DNA of 64,000 nt from Octopus sinensis (lineage: Eukaryota). This document shows positions 58,032 to 64,000 of this stretch, piece by piece; the first letter of the stretch is position 1, and the number at the start of each line of letters is the position of its first letter. Position numbers and translations under genes: made by a program. The notes under the pieces are model-generated. The model had not been told where the DNA came from, did not search any database, and worked only from the letters and a program-made list of their open reading frames with translations. Location of the stretch: the NCBI RefSeq assembly GCF_006345805.1, contig NC_042998.1, positions 124,248,001 through 124,312,000 of the forward strand, given 5' to 3'.

Positions 58032-58204
58032 AGGGAGATGTACTCGCATAGCAAGTGATGCAGCACGGATTTTTGTCAGTGAACAGGTCGCGGATTTTAG
58101 CGACGAAAATATTTTGACAAATTAAACTTAAATGTTGAAGTGAATCGAACGGCTTTTGTGTGTTTCTTAAATGGCTTACAAACACCTCCCACGCTGCAAT
58201 TGTT
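58032..58204. mobile_element. Unclassified interspersed repeat fragment between microsatellites
   Basis: Higher-GC island flanked by (TA)n; family not determinable. Confidence 0.4.
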
Positions 58205-58216
58205 ATATATATATAT

Positions 58217-58315
<99 letters not shown>

Positions 58316-58979
58316 TAGATATATATTCATTTTTTGTGCTAGGCCACTGGTAATAATAATTTCTATAATTGTTATTTCCCTAATATTACTTATGTTTAAA
58401 GATATATATATATATATACTCATATATATATATATGGAGTTGTGCTTCCTTGTATGTGTGAGTTTCATAGAAACAGGCAAAATATAAACAAGAATATAAA
58501 CAGCATTTATAATTTATATGCATCTATTTATGTAAGCATGTAGTTGAATTAATTATTAAACAATCTGAATTAAATTCAAATAATAAAGGCAAAAGTAGAG
58601 CATTATTTTAAATGAAAGTAATGCTAGAGAAATTATATGACATTTCCTTGAATCTAATGAATTGTCTATGGACAGATTGAATCTTTCACTATAATTCACT
58701 ATAATGGAATTCATTGATATTGGAGATAAGAAAAATTATCATGGAACACAATGTAATTTGAACTTAAGCAAATGAGCAGCTTGAATAAATAGCTTTAATT
58801 TTTCTTTTATTCGCTTTCCTCTTTGCCTCTATTACGATTTGTACTCCAAGCATACTCCGTTAAAAAAACGTCTTGGTCACTCACTCTCACTTTCACTCAA
58901 TCTATTTCTCTCTCTCACTCTCTCTCTGTCTTTCTATGTATATATATATATGTAGAGAGTGAGAGAGAGAGAGAGAGCG

Positions 58980-59090
58980 AAAGAAGGAGGAGAAGAAGAA
59001 GAAGAAAGAAGAAGAAGAGAAGAAGAAGAAGAAGAAGAAGAAGAAGAAGAAGAAGAACAAGAAGAAGAAGAAGAAGAAGAAGAAGAAGAA
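58980..59090. repeat. (AAG)n microsatellite
   Basis: Directly visible. Confidence 0.97.
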
Positions 59091-59154
59091 TATCCATATA
59101 TAAGTCTCTGGTTATCTGACCTTGAACTGATGATGCCCAAGCGTCATAAGTTCT

Positions 59155-59576
59155 TTTCTACTCTAGATACAAGGCGCGAAATTTTGGGGGAAGGGGCCAG
59201 TCGATTAGATCGATCCCAGTACTCAACTGGTACTCAAGTTATCGACCCGGAAAGGATGAAAGGCAAAGTTGATCTCGGTGGACTTTAACCTCAGAACGTA
59301 AAGACAGACGAAATACCGGTAAGCATTTCGCCCGGCTAGCTAACGCAACTGCCAGCTCGCCGCCTTCCCAGTGCCATAAATTAAAATTATACTCTTAAGA
59401 ATAAGACCGAGAATTATAATCCTGTCTACTACAGGCACAAGGTTCTGAAATTTTTTTAGGGGAGTGGATCTAGTCGATTACATGACCTATGTGCTCAACT
59501 GGTTTTATATAATAAACCCCACAGAATGAAAGGCAAAAATCTACCTCGGCGGAAATTGAACTCAGAATGTAAAGTC

Positions 59577-59578
<2 letters not shown>
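59155..59578 (-). mobile_element. Two SINE family B copies (59155-59366 complete, 59425-59578 partial)
   Basis: Shared core and head GGCGGCGAGCTGGCAG. Confidence 0.88.
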
Positions 59579-59634
<56 letters not shown>

Positions 59635-61761
59635 TATATATATATATAGACACATATATATACACAGATGCACAGATACACAAATATGCATATATAAAAG
59701 TATACCCACAGTTAGAGAATGGAGTATATAAAATCCAGGCTACGTGTTTTAGTAATAATTATCCAAACGACGGGTAATCCACCAACTACTCATTAAGCCA
59801 AACATGACTAAATCAAAAGTAGCTAGCATTGTCGTGGAGGGATCCCTTGTTGACTCGCAGGAGACTCGATTGTATCTATATTATATGTAACATAATTTGG
59901 TTTTCATATCAATACTTGTCTTGAGTGGGCTGTGGACATTCTGTCGCACCATTTTGCAGATTTTATTAGACTTTCATATAGACTAATACAATTATTTTAT
60001 TAATTCTATTATTTATTCTGTAGAAATCTATTTTCCAGACCATTATGTGGCTGGGGATAAGGAAGTTAACTTATACAAGCAAATACAGCCATTTTTCGAC
60101 CGACTTACAGACAGAGATGTACGACATATAAATACTTGCTGGCACATTTTGATACTTGTAATAATAACTAAATATGATTAGTATTCTACAAACCGAGTAC
60201 TTTATGACGTAAAACTGACACCAACCGATAAACTGTTTTAATTATCTCACGTCCGACTGTTACACGCTTTAATTAAGATATCTCCACATAGTTTATTATT
60301 ATCATTAACGGTGAATAGAATTTAAAATAAACTTACACAATACTTTTATAAGTTCAGCTGCTTTATTTCGCTTGACAGAGTGATTATGTCCACTATGTTT
60401 TCCATAATCAGCTTTTCAGTTTTTAATTAATCATCAGCCATAAAAAATGATAACAATTGAAATAAGGAGTATTTTACAACTTTAAAATGAATACGACTGG
60501 TGTTAATCGGAAAGAATTCAAAGTCGAATAAAAGATAAGATTACGTTGAAAATTATACAAGATACGTTCTTACAAAAGCAAAGGTGAACCAAATGTAAAA
60601 AAAACTACATAAAATAACATCGTATCTGACCATAGGTTTGTATAAATCATAAATTCCTTCAATTAACTTCCTCAAAATAAATTATGGTTTTTTTAGTGGG
60701 TATTTCTTTCTTGTTTTATTTTTTCTTTCTTCTAGAGTGAGTCTAAAACTTTTAAATTAGAAAATATGCATAATTATTATAATGAATCGACATCAAAGTT
60801 AATGATAATTATTCGATCGCTACAGGAATAATGAGTTAATCAGAACTTTTTATACACTGCGCATAAAATTATTTAAGTTCGTTTCTTTGGTAAATAGACA
60901 TTATTGATTTAAGCTGCAAATTAAGACAAATTAAGAATTATACAATTTAGTATAATAAAGTGAATTGTTAAATCATTGCTGCGCAAGAAAACGCCTAATG
61001 TGTTATAGTTAATGACAGAAGATGTCTAAAGATTCTAGTGAACGTTACATGTTTTGCGATGCGTAAACATCTTGTTTCAAACAATATCATTGTAGATAAT
61101 AAAATGAGGATCGTACACTCTAGTCTCTAATTTGTGAAAGTTGACCATCTCAGGTTCTTAGCTCCCAAACTAATTTTATATATAGTTAATGTTTTTACCG
61201 CAGTCTTCATAACCAGTGTTAAATGTGTATGTCTACGTGCGTATAGGTGTGTGTGTGTGTTCTGTATTAGGTTAAAATATGGAAAGCAAGAACTGTTAAC
61301 ACGACAGTGTAGTTTTTAGTCTCTTCCCATTACGTATTATCGGGAAACCAATTATTTCTTCCCTTTGGAACTCGATAGGATACGTACGAGCAATATACAA
61401 ATGTTATTTCAATTATTTCTCTTACATCACAATTTATATTTCTGTCTTTTTTAACGACGTCAATATGATAGACATGCTTCTGCGGCACTACAGTAATAAT
61501 TTTCTTCATTGACTTAATGACGATAGTTGTAAGTATAACGTTAATCGCTTATGGTGTTCACCGCACGATTTCAATCATTATAACAAACACAAACAGTACA
61601 GGTGACACTGAACAGATATATTTCTACTATGCGCAAAAAGACTGCATTTGGAACAACTGGTACTGAGCTACAAACAATTAAACGGTTAAACGAGCGTTGG
61701 AACTATAATATAAACGCATATTTATCCATACTTATCTCTCTCTCCCTCTTTCTCTCATATA

Positions 61762-62375
61762 CACATGGTGTCCCAAAAAATGTATGCACACTTTAGCAGG
61801 TGACAACTCAATTGATGATTTTCTTTCCAGATTAAACCCATTGGAATTAATGATAGCAGTCAGACTAAGCTTTAAACAAAGGAAATTCTTTCTCAAATGC
61901 TACTGGAAGTGTGAAAACGCTGTTGAAGTGCAAAGATAGTTTAGGAGGGAGTTTCGAATAGATTCCCCAACGCGATTTCCCATCACTCGAATTGGAGATA
62001 CGTTTGAAGCCGATGGAACTGTCCAAGCGTTCCGCAAGACCACGATTATTGACAATCCACACAAAGCAATGAGTGCTGGAAGTGTATCACCAAAGTGTGG
62101 CAAGCGAGTCGTGAGGTAGGTATTTCAAAATCGTCTGCTCAATGCATTTTGAAGCGTTGACAATGGAAAAGTTACGTTTCAAGAAGAGACCCTGCTATTA
62201 ATGACGATTATCCAGACCGAAGAGTGCAGTATTGCGAGTGGTACATTTTCCAACAGAGATTGTGTGAAGTGATGAGGCCACATTCAAAGTAAATGGTTCA
62301 AATAACCGCGACAGTTGCAAATACTGGAGACCTGGGAATCTGCATGCTATGGTGGAAAACCGTGCTTGTTTACCT
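61762..62375 (+). mobile_element. 5' half of a Tc1/mariner element
   Basis: TIR-like CATGGTGTCCCAAAAAATGTA; NAVEVQR*FRREF..FEADGTV; DRRVQYCEW; [17 protein letters not shown]. Confidence 0.82.
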
Positions 62376-63010
62376 GGAGCCTTGCATGCGTAGTGGAAAT
62401 TCTATCTGGACCCTACGGTATTAGGCTATCCGTTCTTTTTCAGCTGCGTAATACATTCCTGATTATTCTAGCCGTGCCAAGGAGGCGAAACTTCTGTAGC
62501 AGTTCTACTAGGTACTCTATTCAAATTTCCTTTATATTCTCCTTGATACCTTCTCATACGGTTCCCAAGCACTCAACAATAATTGGCACTATCTTCACCT
62601 TCTTCATTTTCTATAGCCGGACTATTTCGTACTTAAGGGGGTTGTATTTATCTTTCCGCCTTCCTTCTTGAATATTCGTGGTTCAAAGGGGCATGCAACA
62701 TCAATTATATAGCATTTGTGATGCATCTTGTCCACCACCACTAGCTCCGGTCTGTTATGCTCTTGTACCTGATCTGTTTGGATTGGGAAATCCCAAAGGG
62801 TTTTGCTAGTCTCCGACTCCGCCAGTCCCTGCGGTTAGTGCTCATACTACGCCTTGCCTCTTTCTAGCCCACACTTTCCAGTGTATCACGTTCGGCCCCT
62901 GATCGTATCGCCACAAGTTATAGTAATTTTCGGTAAGTCTAGGGCATTTGTTCATGATATGGTGAAACGGTTTCATCCACTCTATTGCAAATGTGGCACA
63001 ACGGAAACAC
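62372..63010 (-). mobile_element. Degenerate R4/Dong-like 3' fragment (CCHC and RLE)
   Basis: HHIMNKCPRL...IHWK; ELLQKFRLLGTARIIRNVL; 3' UTR shared with 11945-12180. Confidence 0.8.
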
Positions 63011-63157
63011 TTGCTCCTACTTCTTCTTCTTCTTCTTCTTCTCAACATTTGGATAAACAGTATAAGGAAAATAGAGCAGTGTTGCCCAGTATGGAAAAAA
63101 ACAATATTTCTGGTCAAGTTTACATTAATTTCACTAAATCCACAAGTGACTGTAGAT

Positions 63158-63262
63158 CTTCTTCTTCTTCTTCTTCTTCTTCTTCTCCTTCTTCTTCTTC
63201 TTCTTCTTCTTCTTCTTCTTCTTCTTCTTCTTCTTCTTCTTCTCTTCTTCTTCTTCTTCTTC

Positions 63263-63304
<42 letters not shown>

Positions 63305-63315
63305 TATCATTATCA

Positions 63316-63401
<86 letters not shown>

Positions 63402-63418
63402 GTATTATTATTATTATT
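63158..63418. repeat. Compound (TTC)n/(TTA)n/(TCA)n microsatellite
   Basis: Directly visible. Confidence 0.97.
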
Positions 63419-64000
63419 CAGTAGTTTTATTTTTATAGCGTGCTTTCACTTCACTACCGAGCGCAGCTCTGTGTGCCTTGGGTATGTGCTGTGATTTGTT
63501 GTGATGCTCTGATGGTTATTGTATGGAAAGTGTTCTGCGTAGGATGTGTGCAGTGCCTAGTAGTGCAATTTTCTGTATGTTATATGTGTTTGTAAGTCCT
63601 GGTGTTTTTGTTATGTATTTGTCTGAATATTTTTTTATCATGCCTAATGCACCTACTATGATAGGAAATGTTTCTGTTTTCAGATTCCACATTCTAGTTA
63701 CCTCTATTTCCAGGTCTTTGTATTTTGAGAGTTTCTCCATTTCTTTTAGAGACACGTTGTCATCTGCCGGTATTGATACATCAATTAGGAAGCATTTTTT
63801 TTCTTCATGATCTCTGACAACTATATCTGGTCTGTTGGCCTTAATTTCTCTATCTGTGTGTATCGGCATATCCCAGAGTATGGTTGCTTTCTCGTTTTCT
63901 GTGACCTTTTCTGGTGTGTGCCTATACCATCTTTTTTCTGTTGTTATTCCATAATGTTGGCATAGCTTCCAATGTATGTAGGTTCCAACTCTGTCATGTC
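63419..64000 (-). mobile_element. Well-preserved 3' end of an R4/Dong-clade non-LTR retrotransposon (restriction-like endonuclease)
   Basis: Open frame RHDRVGTYIHW..ILWD..NRPDIVV..LIDVSIP..EKLSKYKDL..IQKIALLGTAHILRRTL*; short 3' UTR running into (TAA)n; continues past the window edge. Confidence 0.9.

Noticed and set aside
63523-63810. 95-aa plus-strand ORF, and similar ones at 24914 and 25439
   Set aside because: Antisense to retrotransposon ORFs.

Overview
AT-rich, repeat-dense eukaryotic DNA. The SINE families, microsatellite density and TE mix point to an octopod cephalopod (Octopus-like); this is an inference from recalled repeat sequence, not a database result. No intact host gene, rRNA, true tRNA or CRISPR array is supported, and most ORFs in the track are microsatellite artefacts. 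The window holds three tRNA-derived SINE families, fossil non-LTR retrotransposons (CR1, R4/Dong with an RLE endonuclease, L1/Tx1), Penelope-like elements (PLEs, GIY-YIG), Tc1/mariner relics and MITEs, and a Chapaev-like transposase fossil. Two hidden layers stand out. (1) Much of the apparently unique DNA between repeats translates on the minus strand, through stops and frameshifts, into Sushi/CCP-like Cys/Trp motifs, which suggests a very large decayed multi-CCP gene across about 61 kb. (2) Several minimal type-I hammerhead ribozyme (HHR) motifs are present, including one in the loop of a 71-bp inverted repeat and one downstream of a tRNA-like Pol III promoter at the 3' end of a PLE. All calls were made by eye and boundaries are approximate.
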